From Eledone cirrhosa (lineage: Eukaryota), in NCBI GenBank assembly GCA_964016885.1, contig OZ024740.1:93868001-93932000 (forward strand): 64,000 nucleotides of DNA. Direction: 5' to 3'. A program made the position numbers and the translations under genes. Position 1 is the stretch's first letter. Each line of letters opens with the position of its first letter. Shown piece by piece: positions 14,057-28,006 of this stretch. The notes beneath the pieces were generated by a model. That model did no database searches. It was not told the origin of the DNA and saw only the letters and a list, made by a program, of their open reading frames with translations.

Positions 14057-14609
14057 CTGTGTGTGTGTGTGTGTTTGTATGTGTGAGTGTTTGTGCGTGT
14101 GTGTGTGTGTCTATGACTCTCGCTTTGCATATGTGCCTGTTTATTTTACCCACTAGTTGAAACTGCAAGTGTGAATGTATTTGTTTTCTTAAAAAATATA
14201 TATATACTCTAATTTCTAATTATTTCTGCACGTGTTACTCCCAAATTGAAGAGAGAATCAATTTAGAATATTACACATTACAAAAGACTACGTATCAACA
14301 TTGCTAAAAATATTGATGGAAGAAATTGAAAAATAAATTTCACGTGTATGCATTATCAAGGGAATAAAATAATTTTACTAATAATATCATTATTGCATTT
14401 TTCGTTAATTTTCGTTTTGATAATTCGTTTCTGTGTCCTGGAGAAAGGTTGAAGCTCATTTCATATTTAATTGTATTTCAATGGAAGTTTTTATGAATAA
14501 TTTCCAGCAGGGTTTGACGCAATTCAATAAAATAAAATATAAATCACTCTGTTATGTTTCTCAATTAAATTCATGAAAATAAACTCTAATACATGGAGGA
14601 GACACTGAC

Positions 14610-14746
14610 TAACTTTCATAGAGTTACGGGCCTTGCCATTCTGAGTTCAAATCCCGCCGAGTTTAACTTTGCCTTTCATCCTTACGAGGTCGAAAAAATA
14701 AAGTACCACTAATTGTTGGCCGTGTGCCAAAAGTAGAAACAATTAT
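14610..14746 (+). mobile_element. 5'-truncated SINE copy
   Basis: GAGTTCAAATCCCGCCGAG..TTTGCCTTTCATCCTTACGAGGTCG..GTGCCAAAAGTAGAAACAATTAT. Confidence 0.8.
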
Positions 14747-15049
14747 ATAAATATATATATACATATATTTGTATTACAAATTATATCATTCTGAGTTACG
14801 TTTGGAAAATATTCTTCTTTATTTTTTGTCTCTAAGCAATTAAATTATGATACCCAATATTTGGTTGGCTGATGATGTCCAAGTGTATTATATTACAATA
14901 CCCTGTCACGAAGTACGACACATAAACACGTACGTGCAAATACATAATGTCTTTAAAGTATTGCAGTAATATGAGCTACGGTATATTTTAAGACTAAGAA
15001 TGTTAGTGTAACTATTTGATATAATAATTACAATATAGCAACTAAAAAA

Positions 15050-15556
15050 AATTGTGGGACAAATGATCCTGTACTGGATACAATCCAAGTGCGAAGATTC
15101 TGAAAAAATAATCCCTTTTAAAAAAATTGGCTAACTGAAAGACGGCAAGATCAAAAGTTCGGCACCATGCCAGCGAATCACTGACTGCGGTGCTATGCTT
15201 AGGAGAAAGAGTGCTAACACGAAAAAAAAGAATGTACATTATAAATGTGTCTTCTATTTTTCAAAATATTCTCCGTGAAACTGGACAGATTATTCGTGCA
15301 AAACAAACCCTCAGGAGAACCACAGTAAGACTCCGAATAATTTGGATAACATCAATGATCTTCGTTCGTCTCACTTCAGGATCCAATCGGATTAGTTGGA
15401 GATGGTTGCTTATGACAGGACCCACTGGAAGACTCTGAGCCCACCACATTCTTAATTATAGGGGGTCGAAGAAAAAGGTCTCATGGCGCAGCCTCCATAA
15501 TCCTCCTAGATTTGTCCATAGAAGAAGAAGAAGAAGAAGAAGAAGAAGAAGAAGAA

Positions 15557-15588
<32 letters not shown>

Positions 15589-15596
15589 AGAAGAAG
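15050..15596 (+). mobile_element. Decayed LINE (RTE-like) 3' end with (GAA)n tail
   Basis: Ends in (GAA)n at 15520-15596. Shares gtt.gagatggttgc...gacag and tctcactt.aggatcc with the inverted copy at 23781-24095. Confidence 0.5.
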
Positions 15597-15863
15597 CTAC
15601 CATATGTTCATTATAACTAAAGATCTATATGATACAATATATCAAATGTGTATGTTTCTTTTATATTCAATTATAATATGATAGAATATAGAAATGTATA
15701 CGTATATCTATAAATATAGACATCCATTTAACTATTCTGCGTTGATATCCCAATGTATGCGCCTATATGCATGTGTATGTATATGTGTTACTGTTAAAGT
15801 TTTGAATCAAGAAATACATACTCGGAAAAAGGTTGATACACAATATAATAGAGGTGTCGACAT

Positions 15864-15951
<88 letters not shown>

Positions 15952-16066
15952 ATCTCTCTCTTTCTCTTCTCTCTCTCTCTCTTTCACACACAGGGACACA
16001 CATATTTGCATGTAAATATATATATATATACAAATGCATACTATATAAATACATATACATTTATAT

Positions 16067-17018
16067 GTATCATATATTGAGTTATAAACTCGAAATAGTC
16101 TTTTATAATTAAATAGCTCAAAGAAGGGAATATTTCCGAGCCGTGTAATACAAATGAATATATGACAGGGATGAACACTGATACAATTATACATGTGTTC
16201 GAATTGCAGATGACCAAGTTAGCTAGGTTGAAAAATACTAATTTAAAATAATATGGTTTACCTGTCTCGATTTAAAATAATAAATCAAGAAAAATAACAA
16301 ACCTATACTGCCAATGGCCGTGATACACGGACAAATTCTAAATTTGTTTCGCAACAAGATTTAAGTGAAAATCACTATCCCTGTGCTCTTCTGCGGGTAT
16401 CCAGGAAAATTCGTACCTTTCACTTCAAAATACTTAAGAAGACTGAGAAATATGTGTTGCTTAACGCATATGTGTCACAGCGCCTAACTCGTCTCATACT
16501 CGTGGCCCTAAAAATAGCAGCCGGTTTTACGGAACTAATTAGCTCTACGTATGGAGCCGATAATATCATATATTGAGTTATAAACACGAAATAGTATTTT
16601 ACATTTAAATAGCACAAAGAAGAGAATATTAATACAAATGAATATATGAAAGGGATGAACACTGATACAAGTATACATGTGTTCGAATTGCAAATGACCA
16701 AGTTAGCTAGGTTGAAAAATACCAATTTAAAATAATATGGTTTGCCTGTCTCGATTTAAAATAATAAATCAATAAAAATAACACATCTATATTGGCAATG
16801 GCCGTGATACCCGGACAAATTCTAAATTTGTTTCGTAACAAATTTAGAATTTGTCCGGGTATCACGGCCATTGCCAATATAGATGTGTTATTTTTATTGA
16901 TTTATTATTTTAAATCGAGACAGGCAAACCATATTATTTTAAATTAGTATTTTTCAACCTAGCTAACTTGGTCATTTGCAATTCGAACACATGTATACTT
17001 GTATCAGTGTTCATCCCT
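16067..17018. repeat. Two tandem units (about 500-bp period); the second folds back into a near-perfect palindrome with 182-bp arms
   Basis: Arms 16651-16832 and 16837-17018 with loop TCGT and one mismatch seen. The unit 16067-16360 recurs at 16565-16840. Confidence 0.9.
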
Positions 17019-17098
17019 CTCTTATATTAATTTGTTATTACATTTTTATGTATATATGTATATATGTATATGTGTGTCTGTGTGTGTATATGTATATA

Positions 17099-17160
<62 letters not shown>

Positions 17161-18229
17161 TGTGTGTGGTGTGTCTGTGTGCGGGGGTGGTGGGTCTGTT
17201 TTGGTGTGTGTGTCTGTGTGTGTGTACGTAAAAATCGCACATACACCTACATCATTTCATTTAGCTTTATATTTAAACATATAGATATATATAAATAAAT
17301 CTATGTGGCCGGTGTTCTGCTTTTAATGTGCGCATAGAAGCAGACTCTACGACATGAACATTTAATCACATGAACATACACACGAATGTAGCCACGCGTA
17401 TACCTCAATTCATGATAACAGTTGAATTGTTTTCTATTGCATTTTTGCTTCATTTCGTTTCAAGTTTAATGTTGCAGCTGAAAGTGAGTTTTTAGTTCTG
17501 ACAGGTTGCTTTTCAGTGGAAAACAATGACTGGCACACCTACAAATGAGATCTGGCTTTACGTCTTGAAGCAGCCCAACCTTAACAGTTTGGCATTTGGT
17601 TTTAATGTCCATCCGTTTTATTTGATAGCAAATTTAATGCCGTATGTGTCATAGTGTCAAATTTAGTGTAAACTAATAAACCTGCTTCTGCCAAAGAATT
17701 GTGTATAAAACTTTTATTAATATATTCATGGAATAGAATAACCGGAAATGCCAACGAAATAATACGTGAATTATTATTAGACATGTATGTATATTGGGAT
17801 GATTTTTGTTATACACATGGTAGCCACTAATAACGAGTTATGTAAACATACTATTCAAAATATGTGTAGTCATTTTGTAAATACCTTTGTCTCCGATGCA
17901 TAGTTGATATATATTTTAGTGACCGAGGAGGGTGAACTGTCAAGCATTGCTCGAGAGGTTGTGAAATCATAATGCACATAGTCGTACCTATTTTGATGCA
18001 AAGCAAAATACACACAGACATGGACATTAAAGATTAAAGAGAAAGAATATGAAAGACAATGCTCTTAATCCTAAAGGAAATACGAAAAAGAACAAAACTA
18101 AAAATAGGAAAAAAAGATAAAAATACTAAATAAATATAATATAAGTGAAAGGGTAACGCAGAGACTACTGAATGCGAAAAAAACAAATACTTGCACAAAG
18201 TTTCCGGACATATAAAACTCACTAAATTT

Positions 18230-20105
18230 TTTTTTTAAACAAAAACAGTTATTTCAATTCAAAGCATATCGGTTCAACCAGTAACTAAATAGGAACAAAT
18301 AGATCTAAATGTGCCATTAAAGTAAAGTAAGTGGAAGAGATCTGGAGAAGATTATGGTCAGAATGAGAAGAGAAATGATCAAGAATAATATAAAAGAGCC
18401 GCTGAAAAATTACTGAAAGTTATTTTAAAATAATGTAACTGATAGTCACAAGAACATGTCAAGAACTCCAACATTCGTTTGAAATATTGGATATTGACAT
18501 GTGGTATACCTTCAAAAACATTAATGAAATTCTGATAAGAATCTGATATAGCACCTGAGCAGCACACTATGAATATAAACACCCTGAACCCCAATAATAG
18601 TTACGTGGCAGCAAATATGGTCTGGACTGAAGACAGCGAAGGTGTTCAGCGATGATATGATGATGGAGTGTGGACTGGAAAAATGCTCAAAAGCAAGTTC
18701 AAGAAAGCCAAATTGACAAGCACAAACTCAATGGTAATATATATGAATAAAGTAATTATGGAACTAGAAAATAAACAAGCCTGCATATATCTAGGGATCA
18801 ATGAAGGACAAGGTATTCACCACGACAGCATTAAAGAGACAACCAGGATGAAATACAACCTGAGATTACGGGGTGTCAACAAAACGGAAAATAACTAGAG
18901 AAATAAATGATGTCATAAATGCGATTGCAATCACAAATATTACCTACAGTTTCAAAATTATACATTGGAACGCTAAAGAAATTAAGAGAATCGACAACAA
19001 CATCAAGAAAGCTGTTGTCCTGTATTAGAATACATCATCCAAAATCATATGTAAATCAGCTCTATCTCCGTAGACTAAATGGAGTTTGAGGAATGATCCA
19101 GCTAGAGCTTTGGTACAGGATATCGAACATTGAACTCATTCAGTAAATTAAAACCACAAACGACTGGGTGATGAAAATAGTCGCTGTTAAGAAAAGGAAG
19201 TGGTTAAAGTCAGGCTCACAGAAAATTTGAGTTTCCGGTTGAATCTTTAATACAGTCTGAAATTAATGACAATCCTGCAATTAAAGCTGCAAATAATATG
19301 GAAGTGCTGGAAAGAGATGAATGCCAAGAGTGACTATGCACTAAACTGGAGAAAAAAATCGCTGCATGGGCAGTAAGATCTCAGTAGCAAAGAACATCAT
19401 GTAGATCAAGCTGTCACCTACCAGTGGCTGGTGGGTTCTGGGCTAAATGCAGAGAGTGGGGGCTTCATTTTGCCTGTATGAAACAATATCTCCAAATGCG
19501 CAAATTTTAAGCCATTGTTATCAGAAATGGAATTGACCAAAATTTCGATTCTGTGATGATATGTTGAGATATGTTACCAGTCGGATTCAGGCTGCACATT
19601 ATTAGATGCCCATTAATAAACAACGAAGCATTATAGAGTGAGACAATATTCATATTTGGGTAGTATACATGATTCGTGGTCTGAAAACAGAGGGAAAATG
19701 GTACAGCCATTACCCAGATTCTGTAACATGAGGGGAGAACGTAACAATCCTGTATGATTTCCCTGTGGAAATTGACAGAAAGATCATCGACAACAGACCT
19801 GAAGATAATTTGAAGGATCATAGATGAGATATTATATTTTTTAATTGATATAACAATTCCATCATATCGTAACAACTCCTCCAGTGTTTTCGGGAATCTC
19901 TGTAAGAAAACAAGATGTATCAATTGAAATTAAGATAGTTTGCAAATTAAGGCCTGTACACACAGCTCACTTGTAATGATAAATAATTGTGCTTAAAAAA
20001 TATACGGACCAGCTACATGGAAGGCCATTTCTAGCTTTCCAGAGATAGAGAAATAATGGTCACTGGCACAATTAATGTCCTGAGAAAAGCATTATCAATT
20101 TAAAA
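18230..20105 (+). mobile_element. Old, heavily decayed R4/Dong-clade LINE (RT C-terminus + RLE)
   Basis: Remnants IYLGINEG, HHPKS, DQAVTYQWLVGSGLNAESGGF and LIDITIP are colinear with ORF 40327-41568. Confidence 0.7.
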
Positions 20106-23100
20106 AAATGTGCAAATATACTTACTATTGTTTTTACCCTTGTTGCATCATTGCTATGACAATTGATTGTAAAATGTGTGTATTATCACATGTTCCTGGT
20201 TGACTCTCGGCATGATTTGGGAAAGAAACATTTTGTTTGTTTTTATTGTGAGAGAATGTTGTATAAAGTGCTCTTAAAATCAAACATTTCAAATGAAAAC
20301 ATAACTAATTCCTCAAACGTTGTTATACTTCCGAGAACCACTTGAGAAAACCCAAATCACACGGTAGACTTGACACTAAGACACGTGCCCTCCAATTTAC
20401 TCAGACCATATCCATTCACTCGGACCATGATCGCTCTCTCACCTAACTTTCAACAAACTTGTTTGTAGGCTTTATTTCCCTCTCCCCACTGAATACTTTC
20501 TTCGGGTCGGTGAATACTTACATTTTCTATCATTCTCACTAATATATTTGATTTATGTGCTTCATATTAATATATTATTATTTATTAATCACGATACTTA
20601 CAATCTAAAACCAATTTAGTAGATTCATTTTAAACATACACACCCATAACTGATTCATAATTTGTACCAAACCTAGCAATTTTCTCGATCGCACGCTGAG
20701 GGTAGTTGCTTTTCATATACAAAGAGGTATCATGTCATCTGTCCGAAATACAAATCTCTAAACATACTTAGATTATATACTACGTAAATTCAATACATGA
20801 TTCAACGTCGTTCCTTTACATTGGAGCTTAAATATGTTTCATGCTATACGTTATCTTAAAATGTTAGCTCAATAAATGCCTGATGTAATATTTCTATGAA
20901 TTTATTTATTTATTTATGTTTTATTTTTTTATTTGTTGCTGAGTATGAATACATTATTATTACATCTACGTTAATGCAATACATGTGTACCTGTGATCAC
21001 AACAATAGCGCGAAATGTGATTTTGACATCAGCAGTGAAAAGACCAAATTAAATAAAATTGATGTCACATTTTTACAGTAGTAACCATCGAGCTTGATGC
21101 CCAGACTGTCATTAGAGCAAAACTCACACTAAAGATGGCAAATAATTAACTATTGGAGGAAGATGATCCAGAAGATATGCAGTTGTCTTTCTGCTACTGA
21201 ATACTGCATGGTAAAATCTCACGATTACCCAAATTACAAAGAGCCGCTGTATACGTCAATCGTTAACCTAAAGGCGATACATTTTCCAGACTATAGAAAA
21301 GTATCATGTAGAATCGAAAGAAATGCAAATATATTACATAGAGCTTGTGTTAGAAATATACGAAAGATTTATTTGTGTGACGACAATAAATATGAGTGGA
21401 TGGCATGCAAAGAGAGTAAACTGCGGGATACCAACAAAATCCATACATGGCAACGCATAACTTGGCTGTTGTATCTACGAAAAGACTCAGAATACATAGG
21501 CCTGACTTGGCAGCAGGACCGTGTCAGGTTTTGTATAAACGCTGAATTAAGATGTCTTGTTAATAAATATTCCATATGAACTAATTGACCTGAAGTAGAA
21601 AATTGCTTCTTTTTTTGCATACTGCTCATTTGTGTTGCGAATGTTTATAGAGATTAGCACATTTGAAAATGTATGCATTCTGTTATTGAAATAGGTTATC
21701 TTGTTTTTTCTTGTTTTTTTTTTTGTTTTCTATTTATCGTGTATATGATTCTCTTCAATAGTATGCTGTATATTTTCCTCACATCTTCATTGAAGTTAAA
21801 CACATGTTTTCCTATACCACTCAGTAAACTTTTCCAGTGTTTTAAACCAAACACTATAATTACATATTCCGAGTTCGGATACACATAATGGAACATAATA
21901 TATTAAAAATGCTTACTTTAATCAAGTTATTTTATGCTCAGACAATATATCGAAATATAATATACTTTAGGGAATAAAGGGATATATTTTTAACATTATA
22001 TTGACTGCAATGTCTGAAATTCTTTCGAAACTTGTTTAACTATATCCTATCCTGCTAATATTTCGGAAACTTTTATTATTTATCCCTACGCATGTTACTT
22101 GCCCTCATATTTCACATAAACTGACCATTCTTTCAATGTCCATTCGGGAATTATTTTAGACAGGCAGAAATTATATTGTAATTTTTACTTTCATACATTT
22201 TGATTTGCGTCTTAAATGTTTATTATTGCATTTCGTCTTTTCAGTGAGTTTATCTGCTTTAATATTTGTACGCTTATTTTCGAACATAGAACATGCAGTT
22301 GAGTTTATTTTGAAAACTTGACTTGTTATACGTATCTGCTTAAATTTGATTGTTTCCCCACTAAATTTTAATAGTAGGCTATTCGTGTTAACACTATACT
22401 TCATAGAACGAAAGTCAGAGGAGCAGATTATAGAAATATATTAAATATTGATTGGAGTATTTTGCATTGAGTCTGTCCTATGAGATGTTGTCTCTTAAGT
22501 GTTGCACTGAAGTCAATTAGAGAGAATTGCGTTTGGTACCCAGTACTGATATTCTCATTTGGTGTTTTCTTCACTTCATTGTGTTTCTCAAATATAAAAT
22601 GTTTAGTGCATAAAGGTCCTAGAATTTTAATAAAGGCTTTTATACACTACAATAGTTTGAATTATTCTATCACATATATCATTATATATACAATGTTTGA
22701 TTTCGGCTAAACAAATATAGTTATCATTGCATGGGGGACATTTTTCTATATTTTAACGATTTAACTGTAGTTATATATGTTAATGTTTGCCTAGTTTTCG
22801 AAATTTAGTATTTCACGTTTTAATATATTCATTGGTATGTTGGGGGATTGTCCAGGTTTAATCTCTTTTTCCAAAGTCTAAAATTCACATATTTAGATTC
22901 CATAAATCGGTGTTTCCTACATGAACCGTCAACAAAAATGTGCCACCCAATATAAATATTAGCAACATTATTGCCTTGTTTTATTTCATAAGTCGCACAT
23001 ATTTCTCCTTTGAATTCAGAACATTATTTACAGAAATCAGCCATATACTGATGTAATAATAACACCGAATAATTTATCCATATGGTTTTTTTCTTCTTTC

Positions 23101-23780
23101 CAGATTTTATCATATCCTGATATTGCTAGGTTACATTTAAACTGATTCAAAATTACGGACAGATTGCATGAATGATATTAAACAGTGCACTTTCCGTCAT
23201 AAAATATTTGCAACATGTAAATATGTGTAGCTGCTTTTTCGTGTAAAATTATGCCATATTTCTTCGTTATCCGTTAGAGACATTTTGCAGTCAAATAAAT
23301 ATATTCTACATTTTCGGTAGATATTATACAGCGGAAATATGGAAAGCATCTTAGAGTATGAATTCCACGGTTGTTTGTGCAATTGACAGTTTATCAGTTT
23401 AAAATACATTTTTTTTTTTGTAGTAGTTAACTTCGATTAACATATCGTGCAGAATATTAGCTACTTTAGTATTAATTGTCTTTCTGATTCTAGAGTAAAT
23501 TTTGATGCGGCTATATATTTATAATTTTAAGTAAATTATCCAGAATATTCAGATTTTATTAATTCTAAGTGTTTTCAATCGAATGCAAGTCTTGATTGGT
23601 ATCGCCAATTTATTTGCGTGTAATAATGCGATATTCTTGTAGGTTTAATATAATTTAAAACATCTCTGTGTGCTCTTCTAATCTAGTCCTGCATATATTC
23701 ATTATGTTTGTTCATCCAAAGAAAGGTGTGAGTAAAAATTGCTTAGGATTATTTAATGGCCAGATATTTGAAGGTAGACA

Positions 23781-24095
23781 TTCTTCTTCTTCTTCTTCTT
23801 CTTCTTCTTGGTGGCAACAGTGTTCTCAATCACTCAATGAAGTTGGTCTGTCAGGTGCAACCATCTCTAACTGATGTGGCTGGATCCTCAAGTGAGACAA
23901 GCCAGGCTCATGTATGTTATCCAACCTTCTAACTTCTCGTCTAGCCCAGGTTATCCTATCGGTTCGATTTGCCCGTTAAATGAGGCCATTGATTGATTTC
24001 TGAAACATCGAAACCACATACCAATAGAGCTCCGATTCACAGAAGTAGCTGCTCAAAATGGACTGGCACACTGATCTACAAATTGTCCACTTAAA
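23781..24095 (-). mobile_element. Decayed LINE 3' end with (GAA)n tail, related to 15050-15596
   Basis: (TTC)n at 23781-23809 is followed by reverse-complement similarity to 15340-15430. Confidence 0.5.
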
Positions 24096-24176
24096 TTAGT
24101 AACTTTAGTCCAAAGATTCTTATATATAAATATATATATAATATATATATATATGTCTATATATATATATATATAT

Positions 24177-24590
24177 AATTAAGTTAAAGTGTACATTCAT
24201 AGAAAAAGCATATAACGATATGTGCTTTTACAATTCTCCAGAGAAGCCGGAAGATGGGTAATTATTTCTGATGAGATCTAATAACATCGAAACTAGTCCA
24301 ATATTCCTGTCTGGCACTCTGGAGAATAGAGGAAGTGTGTTTCCTTGAAAACTCGTATGACTTTAAAACCCGGTTCGTCTGTTTGTTTACATACAGACTA
24401 GCTGGACACTCACTGTAAAGTGTCTAGTGAAAAACTCGGTACATGTACATATGTATACATGTGTGTATTTATATGCATACTAGTACTTCCGTATACATAT
24501 GTAGATGTACACTTTAACTTAATTGTTTAAGCGTCAGTCATACAAAAGTGAGTTAGAAGCGAAACGAAATTTAATTTCGTTTCGTTATTT
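24177..24590 (+). mobile_element. Small hammerhead-bearing element (Penelope pLTR-like) with a 20-bp inverted repeat
   Basis: AATTAAGTTAAAGTGTACAT (24177-24196) and its exact reverse complement (24505-24524). Shares ctgtttgtttaca and atttcgtttc motifs with the 26.2-27.0 kb units. Confidence 0.65.
24234..24326 (+). ncRNA. Minimal hammerhead ribozyme motif
   Basis: CTGATGA (24268)-GAT ctaataac ATC-GAAA-CTAG-TC-caata. Distal stem I is TTCTCCAGAG/CTCTGGAGAA. The first stem I pair is mismatched. Confidence 0.7.
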
Positions 24591-25360
24591 GTTTTTATAT
24601 ATATATATACATACATGGGCAAGCAGGTGTTTGTGCGCACGTACATAAAAACGTGTTGGTTAGTTTGTGTGTGAGGTGTTTATTTATGAAAGTACAATTA
24701 ATGTAGACATAGCTCCGGCTTTTATTTGCAGTATTAGATGTATATACGTTATTCCATTCTAATTTAAAGATGTTTGCGTCATCACAGAAATAAATTCTAA
24801 TTCTAGTCTGTTCATGCTGAAACACAATCTCACATATGATTATTTACACACACACACACACACCCGCGTGTGTGTGTGTGTGTACAATATACTATTCTAT
24901 TCTATATCGCTTTATCATGTTCTCTCTATAACTCACTTTTCTTTACTTAAGAATAAATAGCTGTATTATGAACTATAGTGGCGAAGGTTTCCACTAGCTT
25001 TAAACCACATATCCAGGAAACAACATATGTCACTACAACTCCATCAAGTGTTATCGGTTCATAAATATATGGATATATGTATCCTGCTCACATCCTTGTT
25101 CTGGTCCACGCAATAATTGTCCCTTCATGTTCACCCGCACCACTCTCACAGTCCCTAAGGGTCTTTCCATATCCGCCACTCTTTCACATCCCCGTGCACC
25201 CACGTTATCTATGTCCTCCGGTATTCCCTTTGTGGTTTCTATACATCGGAAAAATGGGACGCCGATAGGCGGACCGTTTCGCTGAATATTTGAGGGTCAT
25301 ACGACTCGCTTTGTATACTCCTGTCGCCCGTCATTTTTGTTCTCCTAGTCATTTCGTTCG

Positions 25361-25400
<40 letters not shown>

Positions 25401-25403
<3 letters not shown>

Positions 25404-25541
25404 AACAAGTAAGACCCCGACGGCTGAGCTCAAGCCGTTTCGACGGGGTCTTACTTGTTCCTATTACCCACTCTACTACCCTAAGTATTGAGTACTTTGG
25501 TGCGTCATGGTCCACCTGGTTCCTTACCACATTTCCTTCGT

Positions 25542-25545
<4 letters not shown>
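25401..25545 (-). mobile_element. About 145-bp element inside (TA)n, with a hairpin and hammerhead remnant
   Basis: 18-bp stem AGGAACAAGTAAGACCCC/GGGGTCTTACTTGTTCCT. The right half is nearly identical to 30769-30855. Confidence 0.6.
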
Positions 25546-25611
<66 letters not shown>

Positions 25612-25675
25612 CACCGACATACACACACATATATATCTATATATATGTACATATATATACACACACAAACACACA

Positions 25676-25752
<77 letters not shown>

Positions 25753-25883
25753 GGAAGAGAATGAAACGAAATTTAATTTCTCACTCTTAGAACGGAACTT
25801 ACTTAAATGTAAGTATGTATGTATACGTACATACATATATGTATACAGATGTACAGTAGAATGTATATATATATAGATACATG

Positions 25884-25961
<78 letters not shown>

Positions 25962-26325
25962 TGCACGTATCGGTTTACCGAACATTTATTATAATGCTCG
26001 GTTTGTTTGTTTGTAAACACACAAATATCCCGAATTACGCCGTACAGTGTTTAGGCAACCACGTCACGTTTTTGTATCGTCAGCATCGTATAACTTCCTG
26101 CCAGATGGTTGAACGTCTGAAAGTATATACTTTCCTTATGCATATTAACGGCTCAGCCGTACTAAAAGTGTGAAATGAAATTTCGTTTCATTCTATTTCA
26201 TTTATGGTTTTCGGTGCGCCCAGCCGACTGAACTCACTCGATATGAATATTAGGCTGCTGAGCCGTTGATATGCATGAGGAAAATATACATTTTCAGACG
26301 TTCGACCATCTTGCATGAAGCTATA

Positions 26326-26366
26326 CGATGCTGACTATAGCTAATAAGCTTGAAACTAGTACATCG
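26326..26366 (+). ncRNA. Minimal hammerhead, core-mutated copy
   Basis: CGATG-CTGACTA(G8>T)-tAGCT aata AGCTt-GAAA-CTAG-TA-CATCG. Confidence 0.6.
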
Positions 26367-26768
26367 TTCCTGTGTCAGTGTTGAACAAAAAGGTGACGAG
26401 GTTGCCTAAACACTGTACGGCGTAATTCGGGCTGTTTGTTTACAAACAAAGAAACCGAGCATTATAACAAATGTTCGGTAAACCGATATTGCATATATAT
26501 ATATGTGTGCATGTATGTATATATATATACATACTACTGTACATCTGTATAAATATATGTATGTACGTATACATACATACATACTTACATTTAAGTAAGT
26601 GCCGGTATGAGTGAGAGATTACATTTCGTTTCATTCTATTCAATTTATCGTTTTCGGTGCGCCCAGCCGACTCAACTCACTCGATATGCATATTAGGTTG
26701 CTCAGCCGTTAATATGTATAAGGAAAGTATAAACTTTCAGACGTTCAACCATCTGGCAGCAAGGTATA

Positions 26769-26809
26769 CGATGCTGACGACAGCTAATAAGCTTGAAACT
26801 AGTACATCG
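26769..26809 (+). ncRNA. Minimal hammerhead ribozyme, intact core, GUA triplet
   Basis: CGATG-CTGACGA-cAGCT aata AGCTt-GAAA-CTAG-TA-CATCG. Stem I is CGATG/CATCG, stem III is the palindrome ACTAGT, and there is a C.U mismatch at the base of stem II. Confidence 0.75.
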
Positions 26810-27083
26810 TTCCTGTGTCAGTGTTGAACAAAAAGGTGACGTAGTTGCCTAAACACTGTACGGCGTAATTCAGGCTGTTTGTTTGTTTACAAGCAAACAA
26901 ACCGTGCATTATAATAAATGTGCGGTAAACCGATACGTGCATATATATATGTGTGCATTTATGTATAAATATATATATATATATACATACTACTGTACGT
27001 ATGTATACATATATGTATGTACGTATACATACATACCTATATATGAATATATATATATATATGTGTTTTTATGCGTGTGTGTG

Positions 27084-27114
<31 letters not shown>

Positions 27115-27142
27115 GTGTGTATATATATATATGTGTGTGTGA

Positions 27143-27229
<87 letters not shown>

Positions 27230-27828
27230 AGTACCCGTTTGTGTACATGAGTATGTATATAATATATATACTGTTCTATTTCTGATAGGGCGATCGTTTT
27301 GCTTCACAATACTAAACGACATGTCAATGTTAGGACCTTCACTGGATATTGTATTAAGCTTCAGTGGATGTGGGCATACATGCACACGAATTAACAGATG
27401 AACCTCAAAATGGCCTTTCTTCCTACCGGATATATCCGTAAATTATATTGCTAATTACATGACACCTGAGTGTAAATTCGCATGAATCATTATCTCTCTA
27501 GATATTTACAGTGAAAGAGCACATATTCTGATCATAGTCTTGCTTGGAAGGTGCGGAGCTGGAATGACACAGTTAAAATAAACTATATGAATTCAATATG
27601 GTTCCTAATTTAAAGTAAATGCTACGATGTATGTTGTAAACTGACATTTACAGCGACATTGAAGTAATGTTCGAAATTGTGCGTAGTGGTTAACTGAATA
27701 ATTACAAGAATATGCTTGTGTTTGTGTGATGTAGACTTTTGCCATGTGGACACGACAACCGATATAATTCTAAATACATATTAGATATATATTTACTTAT
27801 AGTGTGCAACAATATCCATATAATTGCT

Positions 27829-28006
27829 CCTACTTCTGGCACAGAGTCAGCAATTATCCTAGTACATTATTGGTACTTTATTTTATAAACCCCGTAAGGA
27901 AGAAGGCAAAGGGAACCTCGGCGGGATTTGAAATTAGACTATAAAGGATCGTAACTCTATGCTGTGAAATGGCGGTCGACCTTCTACCGATACTGCCAAT
28001 GCCCCG
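27829..28006 (-). mobile_element. SINE copy with an approximately 19-bp target-site duplication
   Basis: Same SINE core. Flanks are CAATATCCATATAATTGCT (27810-27828) and CAATACCCATATAATGGCT (28007-28025). Confidence 0.8.

Larger units (their letters stand above)
25757..27040 (+). mobile_element. Inverted partial unit plus two direct 443-bp units, each direct unit carrying a hammerhead (pLTR/retrozyme-like)
   Basis: Direct units at about 26175-26640 and 26620-27040. The reverse-complement unit at about 25757-26158 has most of the ribozyme deleted. Confidence 0.8.

Noticed and set aside
21163-21579. 138-aa non-repetitive ORF
   Set aside because: No recognisable motif or convincing splice structure. 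It could be a decayed transposon or chance and needs a homology search.
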